Under the pieces are notes generated by a model that saw only the letters and a list, made by a program, of their open reading frames with translations, ran no database searches and was not told where the DNA came from. The translations under genes were made by a program, and so were the position numbers. A stretch of 64,000 nucleotides of DNA from Botryllus schlosseri. Its lineage: Eukaryota. Shown piece by piece: positions 48,761-61,918 of this stretch (the stretch's first letter is position 1; each line of letters starts with the position of its first letter). Location of the stretch: positions 10,230,001 to 10,294,000 of the forward strand of contig CM119378.1 of the NCBI GenBank assembly GCA_051294905.1, in the 5' to 3' direction.

Positions 48761-51700
48761 AAACCTGAGTAAAATGTAGGGGTCCTACCGCTGAGTGTGG
48801 GTAGTTATAACACATAACCAAGGCCTAATCAATGCCTGAATGCGTAGTACTTGCTAATAAATTACTACAATAACAACCAATTATTCACATATTAATGATC
48901 ATTAACTCATACACATATCTAAGACATAAAATGTTAGCGCCATTTTGAAGCAACCTGATGGTAATGATCAAAGATACAGTAATACAATGCTTGATCACAA
49001 TAAGGAACATTGGCGTCACTATGCAATAATATAACATGAGAATACCCATTGTTGTGTTATGACTATCGTGTCCCGTCGTCATGCAGCAGATTGATTTATG
49101 CCATCGATACTCCAACGCATCCTTTCCGATCTCCATCATCAAATGTTCAGAACACATTTCGTAATTGTACGTTCGAGTACTCAGTCTTGTGCATCTATTT
49201 TCGGACCCGATTTCTTTGACTCCCATGATCATGAAACAATTCTTCTGCGCATCTCTTCTTGATTCCGCAGCCGTCATAATCGTCTCTTTCTCCGTACCTT
49301 TAACGTGATTTCTTACGGGCTTGGTCTGGCACGTCCCTTTCTTAGGTTCAATGTTGATTGCGCCGGATTTCCTTTTATTTTCTCTATTTCACTTTATTAA
49401 GCCCTTGAGAGGAACAATTTTTTCGGGATGTCGTTTTGCACTTTTTGAGTTGTACTCCCAAGTCGTATATTATCGCCAGCAGAGTGTCTCATTATTGCGT
49501 GGGTAAAAGTACGGCATTTCTTTCTCGGCATTTTCCAGACGGTATCACGTGGTCTTGTCATATAAGTTTTGGGTACACTCAATGCTCACAGGGATGACAT
49601 TTAAACAGACACATATCAGACCATGGCGTCATTTGTCATCATAACGACGTTATAATACAATACAGTAATTTGCATACATATACAGATCACGGTGCGATAA
49701 CTGCACCTGCCAGGCAGATCCATTTCGTGAATCGAATGTGCAGACAAGGCGGGTCTAATTCTAATGTCCCACTCAACCATCGACACATCAGTTTCAATAA
49801 ACGAATGTGTGGACAGGATCCATGGATTATTTTCCCAAGGTCTTTATGATAGCAGTACTGGCCTGAGGTATTCCTCTTTGATTCTAGTCCTAGTTCTAGT
49901 CCTAGTTCTAATTCTAGCCCTAATCATTTTGGAATATCTGTTGGTCTTCTTCAGGGTCTAGCACCAAGGTACCGGGGCCATATCCATTGTGGATAAGCAA
50001 CTTTTGGTTGCCATCTTGTTCGTCGTAACGCTTCTAATATTTTTTCCATGAATTCTCCAAGAGTAACGTTTCACACCACAACAAATCTGGCTTAGCGTTA
50101 TACGCATCATATTGTTCCATCTATACATCAATACTATCATATATTTGTACAAGTTTTTCTTCAGTTGTGTCCATTCTCGTTCATTACGGTTGCTATCGCA
50201 TAACAATAACTTTCCTGTAGTCGGCCGTCCTTTTGACTTTGCGGCGATCACTTTCTCCAGCGGCATACCTTATTTTTATAGGGCCTTGTATGGCCATGTC
50301 GTCTATCCTGAATGATGTCATCTATAAGCGTCGTAGAAACTTGCGACGTAGTCACTCCTGTCATCCGTTGGATTTGCGCCATTTGTTCTTTCGTAAGATT
50401 TTTAAATCTTGCCATCCCGTAAAGTTTGTTATGACGTTCTGCCGACCAACTAGCAAATATCAACTGATGGTCTTTCCTATATTCCAAATACTCGTGGTGC
50501 AGAAGGTGACCCATTTCGTTCAGAATAAGTCATCATATGCCATGACATGCGACTGATTTCGTACCACATATTGTCTAGCATTTTCACGGTGTATTGTCCG
50601 GTACGTTCGAGTCTTTGCAGATTTCATTCAGGATTTACTTCTCCATTATGCTCAAACCATATATCCAGTTTGCTGTATAGCGTTACTATTGCATTCTCAT
50701 TGTAACTCAAGTTCTCATTCATAATACTTTTCCTTATTCATAATACCGCATCATTAAGCGTGACATCATCCCACCATGAATCATGGTAAAGTAATCACTT
50801 CATCAGTGGACTAACAGGGGCTTTTTGTTGACGAAACTATATATAGTCTAAATTCTAAATGAGCTTTTCCCAATTTTCAATGGTAACAATAATTCTCTCC
50901 CCCCCCCTCAAAGGAATATCAATGAACACGTACAACTAGAACTGCCCCCAGGAGTTGTTCCATCATTTCGAGCGTCTTAGAGGGATCAATTAGTTGAGGC
51001 AGCTCCCGTCACCAGATTATTTAAGTACCATGCCCATAAAACATTTTTAAGTTTCTCCGTAAATATGGCAATGTTGGGACCAAGTAACTACCTTCGAGTC
51101 ACGAGTCAAGTCATGATCCTATTCTAGTAGCCCGTCGCTTTAACACCTGAGCAATGCTTTAAGCAACTCCCCGTTTTGTTTTACAATTTTATTTTCAAAC
51201 ATAAAAACGCACTTGCTAGTTATCTGGTTCCTGTTAACCTTTCTGTCGGATGCTAGTAAGTCTTCACTTGTTTACAATATAACTTCGTCTTCTGCACCTC
51301 AGCTCTATGTGAAATAAACTAAATTTTCAGGCCTCGTTCTCCAAGTTATATTCAGTTCTGAGCGGAACGACGTTGACTTTCATGCATTCCCACGCGTCAA
51401 TCAATAGGCAATATATTGCTTCCTTAATTATAGACTGACGCACATCCGGACATTAATTCATCAAGCAAATTTTGCCCCTATTACGCGTCATATGGCGTGA
51501 TTAAACCGTCAATTAAAATCAAATTTCACCGTTTTGCTGTAATTTATACTTTTATGGCTTCCTAATTTCGTTACAACATTGCAATTCCCACTGCCTTTTG
51601 CAGCATCATTTTGCAACAGTTCCGCAATCTGCTTCCAAGTCTGCATATTGTCGCATTTCACGACCCGTACTTATTTTTATTACATAAACAGCACTTGGTT

Positions 51701-54700
51701 TTGTTACGCAATCCGTAACTCCAGCAGTTACATAAATTCTTTTGTACTTGGTGTTGTTACGCAATCCGTAACTCCAGCAGTTACATAAATTCTTTTTTCT
51801 CCGATTATGCAATTCGCAATTTTACTAGTTATGTAATTTTTGTTTTTACTTATTACGCAATTCACATCTTTGCTTGTTATGTAAATTTTCATTACGGTCA
51901 GAACAATTATTCTGATGGCACTTTACAATGCAGTCATCAGGTTTAGGGCTCGAAACACCTTTTCCCCCCAAAATCCACAAATTTAGGTTACTGCCGTGCC
52001 GTGCCAGCTACCATATCCCTTGGCAATTCTATGTAGCCTTCCCGACTCGAAATTTTGAATTGTGCGGGACGTTGATTAATCAAAGAGTATAGCGGAAATG
52101 GTGAGTGGCAACGCCGATATCACAACGCAGCTTTTCAAATACACATTGTCTCCCGGGCCTACGGCGCGAAATGAACTGACGCGAACGTGGTATACGGTAA
52201 CGTAAGCTGTAATCTTCGGCCAGTTTGTGCGAATTAAATTTATTTTCCAAAACAAGTGCTAATGGAGTTTCAGAAAAAGTTAAAAAGCACGGCATTAGAC
52301 GCTTCCCATTGTGCAACTCCATTTAGTATTTTCAACACGATAGGACATATGATCAATATAATTCAATGCGCCCACCACAGGCGTAACCAGGGCCGAAATC
52401 AAAAACTTCTCCATTTTCAAAACCCGATGTTATACTTATAACAAGCACTGTTAATTCCCCAGCATCCGCAACTACTAAAACCTACTACGGTCGAAATGTG
52501 GTTTTTCTTGTATATAGTGCAATTATCATCATATGTGTATGATTTTAACTCACAAGATCGCCCTTTCACACATTATTAGTCAATCCAAGGTCTGCAAGTT
52601 AGCGGAAAACACACCTGTTTGAGGCAAGTTGTCCGCAGAACCTGTCATGAGGTTTAGTAACTTCTCAAAGGGTCGTAACGAGGTTAGAACTTGGGTCTCT
52701 TCATCCACGTTATTATCGCCAATGAAAAATGGCAAGTAACAAACTGGTGGGCTCGACAGCAGTAATCACCCACGGAATGCTAGGTGATTGAACCTTTCCT
52801 TGCTACGTAACATTTAGGTACAACATCGTTCACAAAGCCATTTCTGCCGAGCACCATAATACAATACCAATTACCAAGGCAAAATAATTCAGTAATTGTG
52901 TTGTTATTTATCTGATCCAATATTGGAAGATAAATTTATATTTAGACTTAAATAGATTTAGATGGAAATTACATTTTGCCACGGCCGCAAAACTTCAACG
53001 TGACAGAATTCACTATGCCGCGACGCAATTGCACGCCTACACTGTCTCTGTGTCCCATAATTTTGACAAGTTATGCCAAGTACAACAACCTTTTTATTCA
53101 GTTATTTCAGAATGTGCATTTTTCTCGTGCCAGGCGTAAATGTTGCTATAGTAGGCCTACATAGTACACTCATAATGTGTGTGGAATCTGCGCAGTCCAA
53201 CTTCAAAATAGGGTCGACACCACGCAGATTATTCTAGGTATTGTTATTTCAAAACCATGTACTTTTTTTTGCCTAAACTGCAACTGTTGAGAGTTTGTAT
53301 TCTACCATTTTGAGCTGTTACATTGCTATACTCTTTTATGGCCTTTTAACAGTATAACTATTCATAACCGCTACCTTCGCACAAGCGATTTCCGGTACTT
53401 TTTGCAGAAAACTGGTACCGCGCAAACCTATAAGTTACACTTTAATTCAATTATTGATTTTACGCGCAGTCGTGACTGGCGCTATGAAAATACTGTTTTG
53501 CCACTGACATATGTCAGAAATACCACTCTTATTTGTATACTCGAATGCACGATGTAGCGCGCTGTATAATGCAATTTACTTATACCAAACGAAAGTCGCG
53601 ATACGAGCAGTATTCACTTCGTGTCATTAGACAGCAGTAGTAGAAACCAAATTGACAGTGGTGTTGGAAAGTCAATTCACCCCACACAAAAACCTACCTA
53701 CTGGTTCCACAATATCCAATGCAAATGGTGATGCGGTATGCAGGCATAACCACCTGCATTCACGCAGCTTACAACACCGCTCATGATAACAATTTAAAAT
53801 CGCTGTTAATACGTTTGGGCCACAGCTATTCACTCGCTAGCAAATAGTTAGAATCCACGAGTTACTGATAAACCAGTAAGTTACCGAATGTTTGGAGGCC
53901 TGGTATGGTAGACATAGGTGGGGTTACTTCTTAGCGACTGAGGCAATTAAATTAACGAATATTACTTCAGCGGGCCTTTCAACATATTTCTATTTATTAG
54001 CATATTCGTCAAGCTAAGTCCACTACAACAAATTTATTTTCCTTGAGTATTCAGAGCTAGTGTTTTCCGTAACTTTGTGGCTTGTTACATCAAAAGTGCA
54101 CATTCAGACTGTGTGCGTTCACCTTTGACCAAAAGTGATCGTCAGACTGTGGTGTGAACACGTCTTCATGGATATGCCATTCCAATAATGTGCATATTGC
54201 GTAGCTTTGTACTGAATGATTAATATGTTGCGATGCGGCCAATGGAGGTTTCAAGGCTTCCATAGTTGAAAATAATATCGCTCAGATGGTAGACGGTACA
54301 GAAAATTAGCACCAACATTCTCCCCCGCCTTCAATAAATACAATATTAATTCATTAATTCAATTATTACGTCTTTTTTATTGACGATTTTAATTTGTCCT
54401 GCAGATCAATGGCTGTTATATACGTTTACTGGTTATCACTACGAGTAATACCCCCAATATATTTTCTAGTCCTGTTTTTGCAGTACTTCATATAGGTGAC
54501 ATATGTCAATGATGTAATGATAGACATGCTTACTACGAAAATTATGGAATAACTATTTAGCGGGTTCTTCATTCTACGTAGCCCGGTCAGCACCGGGGTA
54601 TTAAGTTGGGATGATTCAATCTTCCAGAACTGGGCGGTCCAGACGATGGAACCGCGGCCGGAACCATGATCGCTACAATAGCACCGCTTGTGGCTCGAAT

Positions 54701-55983
54701 ATTGACGTTTGGTATATTTTGTTCAGGTGTCTCATCGGAAATGCTTGTGGTGTTTATTAGTGTGACATTTGTGTAATGCCCCTGACGGGACCAAGCGCAG
54801 TACATTGTATGTCCTTCTTTGACGGCCTGCGTAGATCTGCGTAAGCAAACAGCACAAAATGTGTGGAATATTAAATCCCTACCGCCATGTGCGGGGCTAA
54901 CGTCGTTTTTCTCGACAACTCATAACTATTGATTCTCTCCTTTTTAATCCCGTACAATTTATATGACAGGGTGGTCTTTTTCACCTGTTCCACACTAGAC
55001 CTAGTGAATCTACCACCCATACTTCAAGGTCCAGGGGAAACACTAACATACCTACCACACACCCATCATTTGATGCTGCATACTTTTGCCGACAACACCT
55101 CCGAGCATGTAATTCACTAGTACCCAAACTTTTGTGTAAAAACTCCGATGTGTCTGTAGGTACTAGTTCTGTGTTGAACTATTTGAATATTAAGATGCAC
55201 GAGCATCCATGCATACAATAAAGCTCGTGAGGTATCGAAACAGTTTGAAAGCGCCACCAATCATTACACAGGTTCGTGGCATGGGAATATCGAGTATTTT
55301 CGTGTGCCATGAATATATTTTATATGTCTTTGGTAAGAAATGAGTTGCGTTGTATAATCATACGCAGTCTACAAAAGTAAAACTTGTCGCGTTTGATTGT
55401 GTACTTTTTATCGATGTCTTTGTGATATTGAAAGACGGATGAGTTTACATTTAAATATCGTAAGCGGAGTAACTCAAGTAATAACTTTTACACGTTGAAA
55501 ACCGACAACGGGAAAAATACCGGTCAATGGAGTAACAGTAGTAGTGAGGATTGAATCGTTTATGCCCCGCCAATCCCAGAAGGCCACGTCTCCCTAATTA
55601 CCACGCCTACATTACCACATCATCCGCCCATTGCCGCGCCTATAGCACGCCCATTGCCACATCATCAGCATCCATTGCCACATCATCTGCTACGTCATCA
55701 GTACCACATCATCAAGCGTCACATCTATATAACGCCCATTGCCACACCATCATGAGCTGCTTTTGAGAATATGAATTCTCGCGTAATACACTAAACGTTG
55801 AACTAGATTTCATAACGTCATCACAGAGGAATCAGTCAACTATCTTGCTCTAGGTTCTAGGTTCGATCCCTGTAGTCACCGCATTTCATACGATTCAGCG
55901 CTTTTCGTATCTTCTAACACTTTACTCAGTCTCATTGAAATAGCATTGTATAGTGTACGATTTTATTTCGAAAAAAGAGCATA

Positions 55984-56529
55984 TCAATGATATCGTTGAT
56001 CGTTATTGCGTCGATTCGCGTGCTGAAATCCTCCAGATCGGTTGATGTTTCGAGGTACACCTCTTTGCTGCCATCCGACGCTGCGATCCGAGTTCTTGCG
56101 TTCGATCTGACCGTTTTGTTTGATGTAGCGATCACTGGCTTGTAGTATATACGATACGAGCGGAAGGTCGGGATTAGGAACAACTACGCTGGGCGAATAG
56201 ATGACGAATTCGTCAGCCGGATTCAGAGGTTGATAATGCTCGATCCCATCGCGAGTATACGTAACGACCAGACCTCCTTCATGCTTCAGAGTGGCTCGAT
56301 ATTTCTGAATGGTCCCGTTTGTGGAATGTACAAAGAGTTGATCCGAGGTCAATTCTGCTCCATTCGAAGCTTCGATACGTAATTTTGTGATGTCAATAAA
56401 AAGATACAAGTCTTTTCTATAGGGCCCCTGGGCCAGAATAGTATCTCCACGGATTGCTAGACTCATTCTTTGAAAAGAAATATCAAACATAAGTACAACA
56501 GTCATCACGCAATTCCACCTCGCCATCAA
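55984..56529 (-). CDS. Hypothetical Polinton protein, possibly secreted (181 aa)
   Basis: Open frame with a hydrophobic N-terminus, divergent from the next gene. Confidence 0.5.
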   Translation of the reverse strand: MMARWNCVMTVVLMFDISFQRMSLAIRGDTILAQGPYRKDLYLFIDITKLRIEASNGAELTSDQLFVHSTNGTIQKYRATLKHEGGLVVTYTRDGIEHYQPLNPADEFVIYSPSVVVPNPDLPLVSYILQASDRYIKQNGQIERKNSDRSVGWQQRGVPRNINRSGGFQHANRRNNDQRYH

Positions 56530-56631
56530 ATTTAGTCGAGCCTCTTCTTATATTAGGTGTCGCATAACAGACATTACGAATATATTGCAACCCCTTGCGC
56601 TTTATGAGAAAAGGACACGTAGGATAAAACT

Positions 56632-57645
56632 TTGCAGACTCCAATCAATATCGGTATACCACGACTGGTGATGGGACCAAGTGAACCTAAATCTAAGCGC
56701 AGACTCGACTTCGATAAGAGCATACTACCAGTTGGTGTTCAATTTATGCCTCCACAGAGTACTGATAACTCGACAGCTGTGACCAGTGCTCAAAGCCCGC
56801 CTCACTCACCGATCATTGCCCCATGGAGAGTTTATTCGTCCCCTTTTCGCAATAAGCGACGTCGTATCGCTAATAACGTATTGGACGAGGAAAAGTTTGA
56901 TGGTCTGATTTATAATTTGGATTACCCTCTACTTACGATTGATGATGGTGTACTATTTTTCCGTTCTCTTGAGCAGAATATCGAGGAGGTGTTGTTCGTT
57001 GATCGAAAACGGAGCCCTAATTTTCTCCGTGCTGTGTTCATTATCACTCTAATGGAGGGTCATATGCATAAGAAATATTTTGCGCCTCACTTCTTTATAG
57101 AAGGCAAAAATCAAACAGGGAAAGAAGTGTTGATCGATTTGTTGCTCTCTGATGATACCGCCAACTTCCTAGATCCTTTTCATCCGAATCTAGAGGCATT
57201 CAAATTTCACAGTACCGAGAAATCTATTTCAGTGATGCGCAATTGCGGGTCTCTATTTTTCGATAACAAGATGTTGCAGGAAGCCATTATGTACGTTCAT
57301 CGCAGTCCTTTGCAGTCCGCTTACGGACAAGTAAAGCCGTCGTCGTTTTGGCTCGTATCTGAAATTCAGAATGGCAGTGATGTTATGTTACGCAATTTGG
57401 GTGGGATGTTTCAGTCTAGCACAGTCATTATTCGCTTTGGTAATCAGTGTTATCCTTGCTACTTGCCTGAGATGAATAAGCATGCTCGCCGTAAAATCAT
57501 ACATGATATATTTGCTCGTACATTCATACCGTCAGATTCCGAATTTGAGAGTGATCCCTCTTATGTTGAAAACGATGTGCATGCACGTGAATTTTATGCG
57601 AAATTCGAAGAGCTCAAACGACAGTACAATGACTGGTATATTTGA
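56632..57645 (+). CDS. Degenerate SF3-helicase-like protein with cell-cycle-type motifs
   Basis: P-loop-like FFIEGKNQTGKEVL. N-terminal KRRLDF, SP sites and RNKRRR. Confidence 0.55.
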   Translation: MQTPINIGIPRLVMGPSEPKSKRRLDFDKSILPVGVQFMPPQSTDNSTAVTSAQSPPHSPIIAPWRVYSSPFRNKRRRIANNVLDEEKFDGLIYNLDYPLLTIDDGVLFFRSLEQNIEEVLFVDRKRSPNFLRAVFIITLMEGHMHKKYFAPHFFIEGKNQTGKEVLIDLLLSDDTANFLDPFHPNLEAFKFHSTEKSISVMRNCGSLFFDNKMLQEAIMYVHRSPLQSAYGQVKPSSFWLVSEIQNGSDVMLRNLGGMFQSSTVIIRFGNQCYPCYLPEMNKHARRKIIHDIFARTFIPSDSEFESDPSYVENDVHAREFYAKFEELKRQYNDWYI

Positions 57646-58000
57646 TTTGTTTTCTCAGATTAATATGGAACCTTATAATTGTGGTAAAGATCTCAATATG
57701 TTGTTACAACAATATGGTTCGGGAGACACAAGACGTACGCGAGATGCCACGACCGCTACCTTTGAAGGTTTCGTTGACGATGATATCAAGAGAGTTGCTA
57801 CTTGGCGAAAAATGGTCTCATTGGAAGGATATGGCGAATGGCAAAAAGATTTTCTCGTTATAGCAAAAAATGTGCTTAAAGATATCGATAAATTTGCTCC
57901 CAACGCTGATGAACTGCGTAACTTAGAAAATATCAAATTCCTGTTCCTTTATGAAGCTTTCAAGTGTAAATTGCGACTGAAATACGGAATAAATTTATGA
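57482..58000 (+). CDS. Hypothetical Polinton protein (true start probably downstream)
   Basis: 172-codon frame between the helicase-like gene and pPolB. Confidence 0.45.
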   Translation: MLAVKSYMIYLLVHSYRQIPNLRVIPLMLKTMCMHVNFMRNSKSSNDSTMTGIFDLFSQINMEPYNCGKDLNMLLQQYGSGDTRRTRDATTATFEGFVDDDIKRVATWRKMVSLEGYGEWQKDFLVIAKNVLKDIDKFAPNADELRNLENIKFLFLYEAFKCKLRLKYGINL

Positions 58001-58033
58001 ATGTGTATTTTTGCAGAATATACTTAAAAATAT

Positions 58034-61000
58034 ATGGCTCGTCGAAGACGCTACGAAGAAGATGCCAGCTTCATCATTGATGAATCGCTCGGTTTTAATA
58101 ACGACGCAACAGAGCTTATGCAATCGCACTCCAACTCGATTATCGATTCCGAATGGATTAACAGCAGAAGGGTTGCAAGAGGTGCGAGAGAGAGGTGATC
58201 AATGTACGTCTGCTCGCGAGAGGTATGGATGATATTCATGCACGCATGTCATCGATATACCCGAGAAGATTGCGACAATTCAAAGTGAACTATGCATATG
58301 GCTTCCTGCTGTTTAATCGAGAGACAGAAAGACATAGCTATTTTCATCCGCAATCAACCCATGCTGTTTTGGATCTCCCGAGACCTATACTTTCACGTGG
58401 GGACTTTGATCGTTTCATCAACGAAATCGATCTATCAGCTGCTTACGAGCAAGCGAGGCAAGCGAGACCGGACACTAAGTTTTATTGCGTTGCTATATTA
58501 CATATCCAATTTTTCTTGTACGAAATGCCCCGAGTTTTATTGGGCTGCCCTACCGCATCGATATCTAAGGAACTATCAAACTGTCGTTATATAAGAACGT
58601 TTATTCGAACTAGACGTGGAGAAGCGATTAACGATTCGCTATGCCTGTTCCGTTGCTTATCCTTTTTCATCAAGAAAAAACAAGACGAGAAGCACGTAGC
58701 ACAATTGGCCTCTAAATTCCGTGAACGATACCGTATCCCTATAGATGACGGTGTACCACTCGATGAGTTGAGTAAAGTTGAGGAATGTTTTCACGTAAAG
58801 ATACTTGTTTATGAAAAACGTGATCATCAAGCATTTTTATTGCGACAATCCGAAGCGACTGGCCCAATGGTTCATATACACATGGAAAGTGCACATTCTT
58901 GCCTGATCACAAATATCGAACTTTATTCCCAGACATTTTTTTGTGAATCGTGCAAAGTTTTCTTTTCAAGCAAAAGCAATTTAACGCGTCACCTAAAACG
59001 CGAATGCAAAACGTCCCAGACTCGGAAATATGCTAGCGGCGTATATCGACCGAAACCCACCGTATTCGAGCAATTGGAATCCGAAGGAATTTTCGTCGAG
59101 GAACAAAAGAGGTTTTTCCCGTATCGTATGTGTTTTGACTTTAAATCCATGCTCGTGAAGGATGAGCTCAGAGCTAATTCTGCAAAAGTAGAATACGTTA
59201 ATAGGCACGTCCCCGTCTCCGTGTCCTTATCGAATAACGTCACGAATGAAACGAAAACTTTCATATCCGACGGTTGCCCGCAGACGTTAATCGATGAAAT
59301 GATCGGAGAAATTTATCGCGTACAGGAACTCACCTCAACCGAAATGCGAGAATCTTTCGCTAATGAAATAATCGAACTTGAGAATTTGATTGAAGAACGG
59401 AAATTGATCGATCCCTCTAATAGAAGAACCTATTTGGATAATATCTCGCTTCGACTCCATACGTGGCTCGACCAGATACCCATAATCGGTTTCAATTCTT
59501 CGCGTTATGATCTGAATTTATGCAAGAAATATCTAATCAAATCCTTGCACAAGGAAAGCGGATTCTTCGTTTTGAAAAGGAACAGCGCCTATTTGACAAT
59601 CGCAACGCACAGATTAAAATTTCTGGATATTTCGCTATTCCTGAGTCCGGGTTATAGTTTGGACGCTTACATGAAGCTATACGGGGATGGGGTAAACGCA
59701 AAATTTTATTTCCCCTACGAATATCTCGATAGCATCGAGCGTCTTGATGAAACGTCGCTACCGAGCCATGAATCGTTTTACAACGCGTTCCGCAATTCGA
59801 ATATAACGGAAGAGCAATACGCAGAATGCGTCGCTGTATGGGAACGCGAGGGTATGACCACATTCCGTGATTTTCTCCGGTATTACAACGAAGGTGACGT
59901 CATTGGCTTCTTAACCGCGCTGAATAACAATTTCGAATTTTACAAAACGCTTGGCATCGATATGTTCAAGGGTAACGTGAGCCTTCCGAATATAGCGAGT
60001 AGACTGATGTTTCGTGATTGCTACGATATCACTCTTCTGAATAAGGCCAATGCTGACCTTCACGAAACGATTCTGAACAACTTGGTAGGAGGTTTATCAC
60101 AGATTACGTCACGGTACGCTATGGCAGATGAAACGAAAATACGCAGTCTTCGCTACGGTGACAGTGCTAAAACCGTCAAGAAAGTAGTAGGATACGATGC
60201 AAATGCCTTGTATTTGGGATGCATAAATCAAAATATGCCGACGGGTTACCCTATAAGGTGGATTTATGATGAGGAAAAGCAAAAATTCCATAAACAGCGC
60301 GTTTGGCCTACTCATGCGGAGCTCGAATGGTTGGAATACGAAAGTCACGTTCGTGACATCAAAATTCAGCACGCGTGGAACGGTAGTCAAGTGAGAATCG
60401 GAAATAAACGCCTATTTGTCGACGGGAACGCCGGTAAACTCATCTTTCAGTACGATGGGTGCTATTACCACGCTTGTAGGAGCTGCTTCCCTGATAAAGA
60501 GAACACCGAGAGCCGTGAACTCACCAAACAAAACACGGAATATTTGGAAAAATTGGGATATACCGTTATCCGAATGAAGGAGTGCGTTTGGACGAATATG
60601 AAACGAGACCCTGAAATTGCGCAATTTGTCTCAAAGTTCGAGCGTAAAGTCACGAAATCTTATTATCTCACTGAGGCGCAGTTGCTCAAGCGCACGCTCG
60701 ACGGGTCATTTTTCGGTGCAATCGAGTGTGACATTCATGGTCCCGATCATTTAAAATCGAAATTCGAAGAGTTACCTCCTTTTTTCAAACATATGGAAGT
60801 AAACGAGTGCGATATCGGTGAACATATGCGTGAATACGCCAAGGAAAACAATATTAAGTTTCCAAAAAAATTTCATGGGCTCTAGTTATTTCACGAAAAA
60901 ACAGTTGTTTAATACGGATTTGCTTCAATGGTACTTGAAAAGCGGCATGATCGTGACTCGCGTATTCCAAGCTGTCGAATATGAACCAAAACAAGTTTTC

Positions 61001-61915
61001 ACACCCTTCGTTGAGCGGGTATCCTCTGAGCGTCGCAAAGGCGATGTCCTCCCAAAAGATGCGGCCCGTGAAATGGCGGCGTTGACGTGGCAGACGATTG
61101 GAAATAGTGCTTTTGGCCGCACTATTCAAAACCCCAATAAATATAGGGAACACGAATACGTTACGTTGGAAGAATTACCATCGCGCGTTGAAAAAAAATT
61201 TTTTGTCGATGCTGTTGAAATTGATAAGAGCGATGAAGGCTTGCTCGAAGTGTCTACGCGTCCGCTAAACATTTGTCACGAAAACCCAATCATTGTGGGC
61301 TTCTTTATATTCTGCTGTGCCAAGCTGAGAATGCTCCAGTTCCTATATGACTGCCTACATGTGTATTTGGACGATAGCGATTGGGCTTTCCTCGAAACAG
61401 ATACTGATTCGGCGTACATGAGCTTAAGCTCCGATACGATCTATTCTCTCATCAAGCCTTCCATGAAAAAACAATTTTTTGAAAATCACGACAAATGGTT
61501 CGTGGCTCGCACATGTGCAGAGCATAAATGTGATTTTGAACGAGATCCCGTTGGTTTTAAAACTGATAAAGCATGCTGCATTGAGGTTCGCAATTACTCG
61601 AAGCGTATACCGGGTTTATTTAAAGAAGAGTGGGTCGGAGATGGGTTTATAGGCCTAAATTCCAAGACCTATTATTGCAAAGGCGACACCGATAAGTACA
61701 GCTCGAAAGGGCTTCAAAAAACGGCCAAGAAAACTTTCAAAGATTTCAAAGGCATTCTTCAAAATAGATCGATCACGGGTGGTGTCAATAGCGGTTTTCG
61801 TTGCTATGGGAGCGATATGTTTACGTATAAGCAATATCGAAGTGCTTTGAGTTATGGTTATTATAAAAGGATTGTGCTTGATGATGGAATTCATACATTG
61901 CCTTTATCTCTGTAA
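58034..61915 (+). pseudogene. polB: Protein-primed DNA polymerase B, frameshifted
   Basis: C2H2 finger CESC...RHLKREC. Exonuclease CFDFKS, GFNSSRYD, YNEGDV. Polymerase YDANALY, GNSAFG, TDTDS. Vsr-like insert QYDGCYYH. Frameshifts at the (GA)n run ~58187-58196 and the A7 run 60864-60870. Confidence 0.93.
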
Positions 61916-61918
61916 TAA

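Noticed and set aside
55855-55885. tRNA gene or SINE (GGTTCGATCCC B-box)
   Set aside because: No A-box or cloverleaf found.
60860-60885. Programmed -1 frameshift in pPolB
   Set aside because: Not expected within this enzyme; a homopolymer indel is simpler.
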